The notes: generated from the sequence alone by a model not told the origin. DNA of 64,000 bases from Dehalococcoidia bacterium (GCA_965197645.1 OZ240219.1:2240001-2304000), one strand, 5' to 3'; positions 40,091 through 49,472 are shown, counted from the stretch's first letter. A program made the numbers and translations.

Positions 40091-40144
40091 GTAGGCGGAT
40101 ACGCCTCAACCCACCTAGGGTCGTTGCAGGCGGCGTATCCCTAC
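40091..40144. repeat. GTAG-initiated inverted repeat (REP-doublet-like hairpin)
   Basis: GTAG-GC-GGATACGCC ... GGCGTATCC-CTAC, with inner CAAC/GTTG pairing. Confidence 0.55.
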
Positions 40145-40364
40145 CGGGTGGGCAGGAAGGAAGGGCCCTCTCGATGATGGAACGCCGAGTATCCTTGCCG
40201 GGCGTAGCCGATTAGCGATCACGCTCACCATACCGGTTACCCACCTCCGCACCGTCACCTGGCGTGGCGGCCGCCTACACTAGCAGCCTGCTAAAGCTCG
40301 CACCACCAGATGGTGTAGATGCTGAGCTAAATCCGCCGGTCCTTACTCCGTCGCAACCCGCACG

Positions 40365-42023
40365 CTATTTAGTAGCGCTAATCTGCCTGATGGACTGCCA
40401 TAGCGGAACGCCCCATCCCTCCACGTTCGTGACCTCGACATTCTGGACCAGGTCGGACCTGTACGCGACGTAGTTGTTACGGGTAACCAGGGGCAGCCAA
40501 TACGCCTCGGTTGCCAGGTGCTCCTCCAGCTCCCGGATGATCTCCTTGCGAAGGGCTGGGTCGGTCTCCTGATAACCCCGGTCGAAGATGCCCTCGAATT
40601 CCGTTGTGTCAACCCCAACCACGTGCGGAGAGGTAGTGATGTCGCCTAGGATCTGCTGCGGGTCGCCATATCCTGCTACCCACGAGATCATCAACTCGTG
40701 AATGCCCTCTGTCCAGATCTCGTTGCCCCATACAGAAGCCTCTAGATTGTTTAGCTGAACTTCGACACCTATCTCGCTCAGCTGTTGCTTCATTACTTCG
40801 CCGAGGCTCACTGTCATGGGAATACCGTCCGTTACCCATACTCTGAGTGTCAGCCCGTCTTGGTATCCCGCGTCAGCTAGCAGCTGTTTAGCTCTCTCGA
40901 CGTCTCGCTGGTAGTAGGGGAGATCGGACAATGGAGTAGCCCACTGGGTAAAGCCGCCGGGAACCGGTCCCGAGGTACTGCCATGGCCGAAGAGAGCCAA
41001 CTGCACCATTGCCTCACGGTCGATGCCAAGGCTAATGGCTTGCCGGACCCGGATGTCACTCAGCTCAGGCAGAGCGCCATTGGCCTCCAACTGATAATAG
41101 TTTACCGTCTCCTGGTTAATGGTCTCAATGTTGTCGTCGTCGGCCACTACGTCCAGCATCGCCGGGTTCTCGAAAAAGGTCAATTGAATTTCCCCAGTGC
41201 GCAACGCGGCCACGCGCGAAGAGTCATCCGGCATGATGCGCCACTCGATCTCGTCCAGGAGGGGGAGCCCCTCCTGCCAGTAATCGTCGAACCTCGTTAA
41301 GATCCAACGGTGGCCCTCCTGGTGTTCCTCCACCTGGAAAGGCCCGGTGCCGACAAGGTCCTGGGCCAGGTCCAAAGTGCCATCCCGCACCTCGGCGCCA
41401 GGGATGATAGCGGCGTTGATGCCGGCGATGGCGGACAGGAATGGGGCGAAAGGCTGAATGAGGGTGATGGTGACCTCATAAGGTCCAGTAGCCACGGCAT
41501 CCTTCACCGGCCACATAATACTTGTCCCCCACCATGCTCCGATCTCAGGGTCCACCAGTCGATTGATGCTGAATGCTACGTCGTCTGCCACCATCTCACG
41601 CCCGTTGTGGAACTTGACGCCTTCGCGAAGCTTGAAAACGTAGGTCGTGTCGTCTGGAGTAGTCCACGACTCAGCCAGGCCGGGGATGGCTTGGAGGTCG
41701 TCGTCCAGGAAGACGAGGCTCTCGTATACATTGGCAAAGAGCTCCCAGCAGAGCTGCCATGAACAGGTGTGAGCGTCGTTCTCGATCACCTCATATGCTT
41801 TCCCGATGACCAGCTTGCCTCCCGATGCAGGCTCGATTACCTCCGGCTCCATTGCTTCGGGCTCTGGGGTAGCGGTGGCAGTCGTAGTCGCCTCTTCTTC
41901 GGGTGGAGGTACTTCAGTTGCCGGTGTGGGAGCCGCAGACTCACCACAGGCTGCGATGATCAACAGGGCGATCATGCCCAGCGCCAGCACGGCCGATAGC
42001 TTCTTGTTTCTGAGGATTTTCAT
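40365..42023 (-). CDS. Peptide-type (SBP_bac_5) substrate-binding lipoprotein
   Basis: MKILRNKK...IIAAC lipoprotein signal from the ATG at 42023; PGLAESW, FKLREGVKFHNG, GTGPF, RVRQAI. Confidence 0.92.
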   Translation of the reverse strand: MKILRNKKLSAVLALGMIALLIIAACGESAAPTPATEVPPPEEEATTTATATPEPEAMEPEVIEPASGGKLVIGKAYEVIENDAHTCSWQLCWELFANVYESLVFLDDDLQAIPGLAESWTTPDDTTYVFKLREGVKFHNGREMVADDVAFSINRLVDPEIGAWWGTSIMWPVKDAVATGPYEVTITLIQPFAPFLSAIAGINAAIIPGAEVRDGTLDLAQDLVGTGPFQVEEHQEGHRWILTRFDDYWQEGLPLLDEIEWRIMPDDSSRVAALRTGEIQLTFFENPAMLDVVADDDNIETINQETVNYYQLEANGALPELSDIRVRQAISLGIDREAMVQLALFGHGSTSGPVPGGFTQWATPLSDLPYYQRDVERAKQLLADAGYQDGLTLRVWVTDGIPMTVSLGEVMKQQLSEIGVEVQLNNLEASVWGNEIWTEGIHELMISWVAGYGDPQQILGDITTSPHVVGVDTTEFEGIFDRGYQETDPALRKEIIRELEEHLATEAYWLPLVTRNNYVAYRSDLVQNVEVTNVEGWGVPLWQSIRQISATK

Positions 42024-42139
42024 AACGCCCCCAATTCCTTTGTTGCCTACGAGACGGCTAAGTTGATCTATAACCCACTTTGTGGCTGGCCCCTCGAGTA
42101 GCTTCACGGTGAAATCTGATGATCCACCTGAGAGAAGAG

Positions 42140-42168
42140 AACCTAGCTGATTTGCCCCTACTTGTCAA
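42140..42168 (-). promoter_or_regulatory. Possible internal promoter for the SBP gene
   Basis: TTGACA-N17-TAGGTT on the minus strand. Confidence 0.45.
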
Positions 42169-42240
42169 ACTATTGCCTGCTCCTCCCCCACGTACCGCGT
42201 ACAGCTACGCTAGATCACCGGCCGGCGTTTCGGGCGTTGA

Positions 42241-43104
42241 TCAGCGGAGCAGGCGGCGGATCTTCGGGTCTAGGAAGTCCCGAAGCCAGTCGCCGATGAT
42301 GTTGATGGCTATGATGGCGAGGGCCAGGGTGGTTCCGGCGAAGATCACAGTCCACGGGGCCCTCTCCATGTACAGCTTGCCGTCCCGCATCAAAGAGCCC
42401 AGGGTCGCCGTGGGAGGCTGTACTCCAACGCCGAGGAAGCTCAGTGAACCCTCCAGTATGAGGGCCACCGAGATCGTGTACGAGAGCTGGATCAGAATGG
42501 GAGCGAACACGTTCGGGACCAGGTGGCGAAAGAGAATCCTCACCGGCGAGGCGCCGATCACAAGGGCCGCGGTTACATACTCCCTCTCTCGCACGCTCAG
42601 CGTGGGTCCACGGACTATGCGGCTGAAAGAGGGGAACATGACAATAACGATGGCAACAACCACACTTTGGGTCCCTGTCCCCAGGGCGGCTGCCACCAGG
42701 ATAGCCATCAGGAGCCATGGGAAGGCAAAGAGCATATCTACGAAGCGCATCACCAGCTCGTCCAGTAACCCCCCGTAGTAACCTACCGTGACCCCGACTA
42801 CGGTGCCGGCCAGTGCGGCAAGCAGGCCGGACAACGTGGCGAGCAATAGGGAGATTCTGAGGGCGGAAACGAGCCTCGCCAGCACACTTCTACCCAGATG
42901 GTCGTTTCCCAGTAGGAACTCCCCGGACGGGGACCCAAATGTCGCGTCCCCGTTAATGACGTTCGGATCACCGGTGCCCGCCACGGGCCCGATCAACGCA
43001 AGCGATACCGCTGCCAGGAGAAATAGCGCTGATATGGACAGGCCCGGATTCCTGAACACAAACCTGCTCAGTGTGGATACCCGGGTAACAGATAGACTTC
43101 TCAC
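42241..43104 (-). CDS. Dpp/Opp-type ABC permease (DppC-like)
   Basis: LGNDHLGR, EYVTAALVIGA, LSFLGVG, IGDWLRDFLDP. Confidence 0.92.
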   Translation of the reverse strand: MRSLSVTRVSTLSRFVFRNPGLSISALFLLAAVSLALIGPVAGTGDPNVINGDATFGSPSGEFLLGNDHLGRSVLARLVSALRISLLLATLSGLLAALAGTVVGVTVGYYGGLLDELVMRFVDMLFAFPWLLMAILVAAALGTGTQSVVVAIVIVMFPSFSRIVRGPTLSVREREYVTAALVIGASPVRILFRHLVPNVFAPILIQLSYTISVALILEGSLSFLGVGVQPPTATLGSLMRDGKLYMERAPWTVIFAGTTLALAIIAINIIGDWLRDFLDPKIRRLLR

Positions 43105-43120
43105 TGCAGTTTCCTAGTGC

Positions 43121-44083
43121 CTATCTCGATCCGCCGGGCTGGTACCGGATGCGCGGGTCAAGATAGGCGTATAAGATGTCCACTATGAAGTTGACAGTCA
43201 CAAACAGGGCAGCGGCCAGTACCACTGCCCCTTGGGCTGCCGTATAGTCTCGACTCCTGAGCGCGGCGAGGGCATAACGGCCAACCCCAGGCAGCGAGAA
43301 TATCTCTTCGACGATTATTGCGCCGCCCAACAGGTACCCCAGGTTGATGCCAACCACGGTCACAACCGGAATCAGCGCATTACGCAGGATGTGCCGTCGC
43401 GCTACAACTCGTTGGTTCAGACCCTTGGCATAGGCCGTGGTCACGAATGGCTCCGCTTGAGCCTCCAGTACGCTGGATCGGGTAATGCGCATGACGATGG
43501 CCGTGGTGATAAAGCCCAAGGTGAATGAGGGAAGGATCATGGACTTGACGTGCCCTAGGAGATCATCGCTTGGAAAAATGTAGCCGGAGACGGGCAGCCC
43601 CAGGCCTCTTGTGGAGACCAGATAGATGAGAAGCGTCGCCATGACGAAATCTGGAATAGACAGCCCTACCACCGAGGCCACCTGCATTCCAACACCTCGG
43701 GTTGAGCCTCGCCACCTGGCAGCGAGGACTCCAGCGGGCACTCCGACAACGACGGAGAAAAGGGTCGCAAGCAGCGTCAACTCGATGGTCACGCGTGCCC
43801 GGCCTATCAGGTCTGGACCAATATCTCTCCGATTCCGCAAAGACTCGCCCAGGTCGCCCCTAATCGCGTTGCCGAGCCAGGCGAAATATTGGACCGGCAG
43901 CGGCCTATCGAGACCGAGTCTTTTCTTCAACGCGGCTACATTTTCTTCGGTTCTAGGCCTAGAGATGAAGTAGGCGTCCTCGAAGTTGCCCGGGATCAGA
44001 TGGAGGGTGATGAAGACGATGGTAGCTACGCCCAGAACGGTGAACAGGGCGGTTATCAGCCGGGTGATGACGAATCTTCTCAT
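43121..44083 (-). CDS. Dpp/Opp-type ABC permease (DppB-like, normal length)
   Basis: LGLDRPLPVQYFAWLGNAIRGDLGES, TAYAKGL, HILRNAL, DILYAYLDPRIRY. Confidence 0.92.
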   Translation of the reverse strand: MRRFVITRLITALFTVLGVATIVFITLHLIPGNFEDAYFISRPRTEENVAALKKRLGLDRPLPVQYFAWLGNAIRGDLGESLRNRRDIGPDLIGRARVTIELTLLATLFSVVVGVPAGVLAARWRGSTRGVGMQVASVVGLSIPDFVMATLLIYLVSTRGLGLPVSGYIFPSDDLLGHVKSMILPSFTLGFITTAIVMRITRSSVLEAQAEPFVTTAYAKGLNQRVVARRHILRNALIPVVTVVGINLGYLLGGAIIVEEIFSLPGVGRYALAALRSRDYTAAQGAVVLAAALFVTVNFIVDILYAYLDPRIRYQPGGSR

Positions 44084-44246
44084 AGTTCTTGGGAAGTTGC
44101 TTTCAACACTATCGCCGCTACACGTGTACGCTGAGGATGGTGAACGCCGGGAGTGGGGACTCGATTCTCCGGATGGTCATATTAGGCGCCGCCGGAGCCT
44201 CCCCGCTCATTTTCGCCTGGTCGGCGATGGTCATCCAGGCGTCCGC

Positions 44247-44438
44247 CTATTTAGCTCCGGGATCGGCTCGAAAGACCAGGGAGGTCCTGATTTCCGATAG
44301 ATCCAGCTCAGAGAGCTGTTCCATGCCATCCATCATGTTCCGTACCTTGGGAAGGACGATCTCCAACTCCTCGTCGGACATTGGAATGAGGTCCAGTTCC
44401 TCGATCATTCGCTTTAAGAAATCCTTGGTCACAGGCAT
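44247..44438 (-). CDS. Small GatC/AtzG-like amidase partner protein (63 aa)
   Basis: GGAGGAG SD; MPVTKDFLKRMIEELDLIPMSDEELEIVLPKVRNMMDGMEQLSELDLSE resembles the GatC helix pattern; directly downstream of an amidase. Confidence 0.7.
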   Translation of the reverse strand: MPVTKDFLKRMIEELDLIPMSDEELEIVLPKVRNMMDGMEQLSELDLSEIRTSLVFRADPGAK

Positions 44439-44493
44439 ATGCTCCTCCTGGCACGCTGTTTCCATCTCCGGGCCTGAGACGCTGGCCCAATCC

Positions 44494-45954
44494 TTATCCC
44501 GCGGCCAACGCTTCGTGCACGGCCGGCGGCACAGTCTTTGACTGAGGAGCAGCCTGTTCGTACTGGTGCGCCACCCTTAGCACGAGGCTCTCCTCCCACG
44601 GGCGCCCCATGATCTGGAGTCCGATGGGCAACTGGCCGCCGGAGAAACCACAGGGAATAGTAATAGCGGGTACACCGGTGAAGTTGCCCGGGTAAGTGTT
44701 GCGTCCCATCACGGACCCGTTGGCCCCGTCCGGCAGGCTGCTAACGTCCGCCTCCGTATCACCTACAGCGACAGTTTTGGTTCCAAACTTCCAGGGCAAC
44801 ATGGTAGTGGTAGGCGCCACCATGAAGTCTACCTGCTGCATCATCGCGGCCCACTCCTGTTGGAAGAGCCGCCGGACCTGCTCGGCTCTAACGAAGTCTT
44901 TGGCCAGCACAAACTGGCTGCTCAATAGGTAGTAACGCTCCGACGGGCTCATATTGGTCCGGTTCCGTCGTAAGACCTGCTCGTAGGGGCCTGCGTAAGA
45001 CGACTCCAGGGCGCTTCCGGCCTTGAACATCTCATCGACGTACTTTACTTCAACTTGGCGCCGCTCTGCTCCCAACTCTTCCAGCACGGTGATGGCCTTC
45101 GATACCGCCTCTGCGATCTCCGGGTCGAGCGGATCAAAGAAGTGGTTTGATGGGATGCCCATCACCAAACCCTTGATGCTCTGTTCCAGCGCGCCCTCAT
45201 AATGGTCTACCGGCATCGGCACTGTGGTGGGGTCCAGCGGATCATGCCCGGCCATCGCCTGGAGCATGATGGCGGAATCGCGCACCGACCGCGTGTGAGG
45301 CCCCATGTGAAAAGTGGACGGTTCCGGCCCTTCCAGTCCGCCCCGAATGCTGATGCGGCCGTAGGTAGGCTTGAGTCCGACAACACCGCAGACCGCCGAG
45401 GGTTGGCGCACTGAGCCGCCTCCATCGGTGCCTATCGAGGCATAAGTTACGAAAGCGGCTACGTTCGCAGCCGAACCGCCGCTGGATCCACCGGCTATCC
45501 GCTCGAGGTCCCAGGGGTTACGCACACGCCCGTACCACTGGTTGTCACTGACAAATCCGCCTCCGATTTCGTGCATGTTCTCCTTGCCCAGGATGATCGT
45601 ACCCGCCCCATTGACACGCTCCACTACGGTAGCATCCCAATCGGGGACGTAGTTCTCCAGGGGCTTACTTCCGTCCGTGGTCCGTACTCCCTTGGTCAAG
45701 AGCATGTCCTTCAGCCCGATGGGGATGCCGTGAAGGGGACCCAAGTACTCTCCCCTCATGAGACGTCCCTCAAGATCCTGGGCCCGGCGTAGAGCCCGCT
45801 CGGGGGTGGAGGTAATGAAGGATTTGAGAATCGGCTGCATCCGCTCCGCGTGTGCGATGGCGGCCTGAGTTACCTCCACGGGTGAGACTTCGCGGGCCTT
45901 GATCCTGGGAGCCAGCTCAGAGATGTTCTGGGACAGCAGTCCTAGCTCGGCCAT
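44494..45954 (-). CDS. Amidase signature enzyme (GatA/AtzE-like)
   Basis: PIGLKD, NMHE, GGSSGGSAA, GTDGGGSVRQP, GLKPTYGR; GGAGG SD before the ATG at 45954. Confidence 0.92.
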   Translation of the reverse strand: MAELGLLSQNISELAPRIKAREVSPVEVTQAAIAHAERMQPILKSFITSTPERALRRAQDLEGRLMRGEYLGPLHGIPIGLKDMLLTKGVRTTDGSKPLENYVPDWDATVVERVNGAGTIILGKENMHEIGGGFVSDNQWYGRVRNPWDLERIAGGSSGGSAANVAAFVTYASIGTDGGGSVRQPSAVCGVVGLKPTYGRISIRGGLEGPEPSTFHMGPHTRSVRDSAIMLQAMAGHDPLDPTTVPMPVDHYEGALEQSIKGLVMGIPSNHFFDPLDPEIAEAVSKAITVLEELGAERRQVEVKYVDEMFKAGSALESSYAGPYEQVLRRNRTNMSPSERYYLLSSQFVLAKDFVRAEQVRRLFQQEWAAMMQQVDFMVAPTTTMLPWKFGTKTVAVGDTEADVSSLPDGANGSVMGRNTYPGNFTGVPAITIPCGFSGGQLPIGLQIMGRPWEESLVLRVAHQYEQAAPQSKTVPPAVHEALAAG

Positions 45955-46117
45955 GGTGTTCACCTCCTCCTCGTCATAGGACCTAATGTTACTTCCCCAA
46001 TGCTTCTGGTATCAAGTCTGCGAGTGACCTCAACCGGAGCGGGCCTGTCTCAGAACCCGCATCGAAGGAGTCGGCCTGCCCCGCCCTCGTACTTAATGTA
46101 CAAGGAGAACTTCCTTG

Positions 46118-46165
46118 TGTGACCGGTTTCACTAAGTTGACAGTACAGCATCGAGGGACTACATT
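46118..46165 (+). promoter_or_regulatory. CRP/FNR-like box plus sigma70 promoter
   Basis: TGTGA-N6-TCACT (46118-46133), then TTGACA-N17-TACATT (46137-46165). Confidence 0.6.
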
Positions 46166-46241
46166 CCGTCTCAATCCAGACTGGTTCCCGAGAAACAACG
46201 TTCTCTCTGAAGGATACGGACGGGTTCAATCGGAGGCTTCC

Positions 46242-47381
46242 ATGAGCGAACTCAAGATCATTTCCGCAGACTCCCATGCCGAAGAGCCGGAGTATCTTCA
46301 CGACCGATTGCCCGCGGAGTACTGGAGCCGTAGACCTCACACCGAGGAGCTCAACGGACTTGAATACTTCATAATCGATGGCGAGAGACCCTTCCGGTCC
46401 CAACCGCCCAACCCCATGACCGAAGAAGACAAGCGTAGAGAGTTTCGGGGTGGAGAGGACACGGGTGGGGGATTTCTGCGCAGCGAAGGGGGAGTCGACA
46501 TCCCGAGCCGTCTAAAGGATATGGAGGAAGACGGTGTCAGCGGTGAGGTGATCTATCCCCAGGGCACGATGAAGATGTTCTCCTCGCCCAGTCCCGGTTT
46601 TCAGCTGGCGTTGGCCAAAGTCTACAACGACTTCTACATCGAGACTTTTGGCGAACACCAGGACGTGTTTATTCCTTCGGCGATGGTACCGATGGTCGAC
46701 GTCGAGGCAGCGGCGGGGGAGGCAGGCCGTGTAGGCAAGCTGGGATTTCGCTCCATATCGGTGCCGGTGAGCAACAAGTCCCTGCCCTACAACAAACCGG
46801 AGTACGACCCCGTCTGGGCCACCATCGCAGAAATGGGAGTCCCCCTCAGCTTCCACGTCTTTACGTCCAGCGACGTCAAAGAGGACGATAAGAGACCCTT
46901 GAAGGAGCGAATAGAGGAGAGAGACAGGGGCGACGATCTATCAGGGATGGTCCTGGGTATGGCCGAAGCAATGAGCCCTCTGTCCCTGTTGATCTCCGCC
47001 GGAGTGTTGGACACCCACCCCGACCTCAAGCTCGTGTTGGTGGAGTGCGGCATCGGGTGGCTGGCCTGGGCCTTGTACGCCATGGACGATGTCTTCAAGA
47101 GACGCCACATGTGGCAGAGCCCGAGCCTGGAGATGGCTCCCAGCGAGTATTTCAGGCGGCAGGGTTACATCACCTTTGGAGATGACCCCGTCGGGCTTTT
47201 CAATCGCCATTTCACCGGCGTGGATTGCCTGATGTGGGGCAGCGATTATCCCCACGACGAAGGCACCTGGCCTCATTCCAAGGAAGTGATAGAAGAGACC
47301 TTCAAGGACCTTACCGCGGAAGAGAAGCGCAAGATAGTCGGTGAGAATGCCGCCGCACTATACGGCTTCCCCTTGAACTAG
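46242..47381 (+). CDS. Amidohydrolase_2 family protein (paralog of 34445..35587)
   Basis: SADSHAEEP, WGSDYPH; GGAGG SD before the ATG at 46242. Confidence 0.92.
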   Translation: MSELKIISADSHAEEPEYLHDRLPAEYWSRRPHTEELNGLEYFIIDGERPFRSQPPNPMTEEDKRREFRGGEDTGGGFLRSEGGVDIPSRLKDMEEDGVSGEVIYPQGTMKMFSSPSPGFQLALAKVYNDFYIETFGEHQDVFIPSAMVPMVDVEAAAGEAGRVGKLGFRSISVPVSNKSLPYNKPEYDPVWATIAEMGVPLSFHVFTSSDVKEDDKRPLKERIEERDRGDDLSGMVLGMAEAMSPLSLLISAGVLDTHPDLKLVLVECGIGWLAWALYAMDDVFKRRHMWQSPSLEMAPSEYFRRQGYITFGDDPVGLFNRHFTGVDCLMWGSDYPHDEGTWPHSKEVIEETFKDLTAEEKRKIVGENAAALYGFPLN

Positions 47382-47457
47382 GTTCTATCACCTATCGTTC
47401 AGCTAGACCAGCATCCCGTGAATCGGCCGACAGTAAGTAACCGATGGGAGGGTAGGA

Positions 47458-49356
47458 ATGTCTAGGATCAAGCCCATATTTGTCATCCTCGGACTGGTAA
47501 TTGCCCTTGGTCTGATAGCAGCTGCCTGCGGAGAGGAATCCTCTCCAACTCCCGTCCCGGAGGTAGCGGAAACTACGGCGCCCGCCGACGAACCGACCGC
47601 CGTCATGACTCCTGATGCAGAGCCGACCGCAACCATGGCTCCAACCGCAACCGCGGCCGCCGAGGTCAGCGCCCTCCCGCCGGGAGTAGCATCCTTAGTA
47701 GAGGGAATGCCCGTGTGCGAGGGCGCCCAAGACGCTATGAGCGGCGGTACGCTTCGCACCTTCGGTTATGAACCCGGCACCTGGGACGTTCAGGGCGGAG
47801 ACTGGTGGACGGCGGGGTCCATTCAGACGTTCACCCACCTGAGATTGACCCAGTGGAACTTCTGCAATCCGGGCGAAAACTCCGACTACACGGTCTATCC
47901 CTACCTGGCCAAGTCCTGGGATATCAGCGATGACGGCCTCCAGTACACCTTCCACATCAGGGAAGGGGTAAAGTGGGAGAACAAGCCTCCGGTGAACGGC
48001 AGGGAGATAACCGCAGACGACGTGGCGTTCTCCTTCGATCGGTTCCTGCAACCCGAGGCGTACAACGGCTCCCTGCTGGGCCCTGTCGAGAGCGTCGTAG
48101 CGCTTGACAAGTACACCGTACAGTTCACCCTCTCGGAGCCTTACGCCGGCTTCCTTCCTTCCACTGCCTACGGGGCATTTCCCATCTACGCTCCGGAAGT
48201 GCTGGCCGAATTCGGCGGCTTTGACACCGCGGAGGCGAACATCGGGGCGGGGCCCTGGATGCTGGCGGAGTACGAGCCGGAAGTTAGGATGGTACTGGAG
48301 AGAAACCCCGATTTCTTTCGGGGAGCCAATGGCATAACCGGGGAGAATCTCCCCTACATGGACGGAACGGAATTCCTGTTCATTTACGATATCGCTCCCG
48401 GACTGGCCATGTACCGGGCCCGGGACGTCGATACCCCGCCTGGCCTCTGTGCATGCTTCGGCTACTGGACCGGCGACCTGGAGATGATAAGCAACCTGAG
48501 GGAGACCGATCCGGATCTGGTGCAGGATGTACGACACTTCACCGATACCCCCAACGCCATATGGTATCTGCGACCGAAAGTCGACCGTCCTCCCTTCGAT
48601 AACCAGAAGCTGCGCCAGGCGGTATCCATGGTGGTGGGACGCGATTGTGAGTCCTGGTGCCGTACCTGGGGCATCGAGGATGAAAACAGAGAACTTTCCT
48701 CCAACCATCCCTGGTTCGTTTCCTGGGAGGAGCTTGGAGAGGGCCAGAGGTTCTACCCGCGGGATGCGGAGGGTAACGCCATACGCGACGTGGAGGGGGC
48801 CATCGCGCTGGCCAACGAGGCCAGGGCCGAGATGGGGCTTGAACCCGATGAGATCATCCACACAACGATTTACACCGATGGCAGCTCCTCCGACATGGAG
48901 CTGTTCAAGACCTGGCTGGCCGACATCAACATAGAAGCCGACATCGTCAGCATGGAATACACCGAGTTTGCTGCCGAGATTCAGAACTATCCCTTCGAGT
49001 GGGACGGCATAGCCTACTCGGTCAGAGACCCGCCTCCCTGGGACGTGGATGCTCGCCTGTCGCCCGACTTCCTGCCCGATGGCAGCTTCAACAACATGGG
49101 CGTCGACGACCCCGTGTTGACGGAAATGGTGCTGGCCCAGAGATCGGAAACGGACCAGGCAGTCAGAGAGCAGATAGTCAGGGACATACAGAAGTACCTT
49201 GCGGTACAACAGTACGAATGGATAATACCCAACTACCTGACGCAGAACATCTATCCGCCCTGGCTAAGGAACGTCGGGCCGCAGAAATCGGTCGCGGCGC
49301 AGGGAGATAGCTTCCTGCAGGCATGGCTGACCGATGAAGCGCCGAGTAGGCAGTAA
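47458..49356 (+). CDS. Orphan peptide-type substrate-binding lipoprotein (paralog of 32123..34042)
   Basis: Lipobox IAAAC; shares DYTVYPYLA, GAGPWML, RGA.GITGE.LPY, KLRQAVS, QNIYPPWL.NVG with the other SBP. Confidence 0.92.
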   Translation: MSRIKPIFVILGLVIALGLIAAACGEESSPTPVPEVAETTAPADEPTAVMTPDAEPTATMAPTATAAAEVSALPPGVASLVEGMPVCEGAQDAMSGGTLRTFGYEPGTWDVQGGDWWTAGSIQTFTHLRLTQWNFCNPGENSDYTVYPYLAKSWDISDDGLQYTFHIREGVKWENKPPVNGREITADDVAFSFDRFLQPEAYNGSLLGPVESVVALDKYTVQFTLSEPYAGFLPSTAYGAFPIYAPEVLAEFGGFDTAEANIGAGPWMLAEYEPEVRMVLERNPDFFRGANGITGENLPYMDGTEFLFIYDIAPGLAMYRARDVDTPPGLCACFGYWTGDLEMISNLRETDPDLVQDVRHFTDTPNAIWYLRPKVDRPPFDNQKLRQAVSMVVGRDCESWCRTWGIEDENRELSSNHPWFVSWEELGEGQRFYPRDAEGNAIRDVEGAIALANEARAEMGLEPDEIIHTTIYTDGSSSDMELFKTWLADINIEADIVSMEYTEFAAEIQNYPFEWDGIAYSVRDPPPWDVDARLSPDFLPDGSFNNMGVDDPVLTEMVLAQRSETDQAVREQIVRDIQKYLAVQQYEWIIPNYLTQNIYPPWLRNVGPQKSVAAQGDSFLQAWLTDEAPSRQ

Positions 49357-49374
49357 GATCGATTAGGCGTTGAC

Positions 49375-49409
49375 AAAGAGCCGCCCCGATGTCATCGGGG
49401 CGGCTCTTT
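49375..49409. terminator. Bidirectional intrinsic terminator
   Basis: Perfect 16-bp stem AAAGAGCCGCCCCGAT-GTC-ATCGGGGCGGCTCTTT between convergent genes. Confidence 0.85.
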
Positions 49410-49472
49410 CGCGTCCTTACCGAGCGGGGTGTCGAAATGCCCTTACGAACATATCCCTTTGCAGACCGGCTT

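Noticed and set aside
44247-45954. Genuine gatCA (tRNA amidotransferase)
   Set aside because: No gatB, reversed gene order, catabolic and transport context, and the GatA-typical NMDEFAMG motif is replaced by NMHEIGGG
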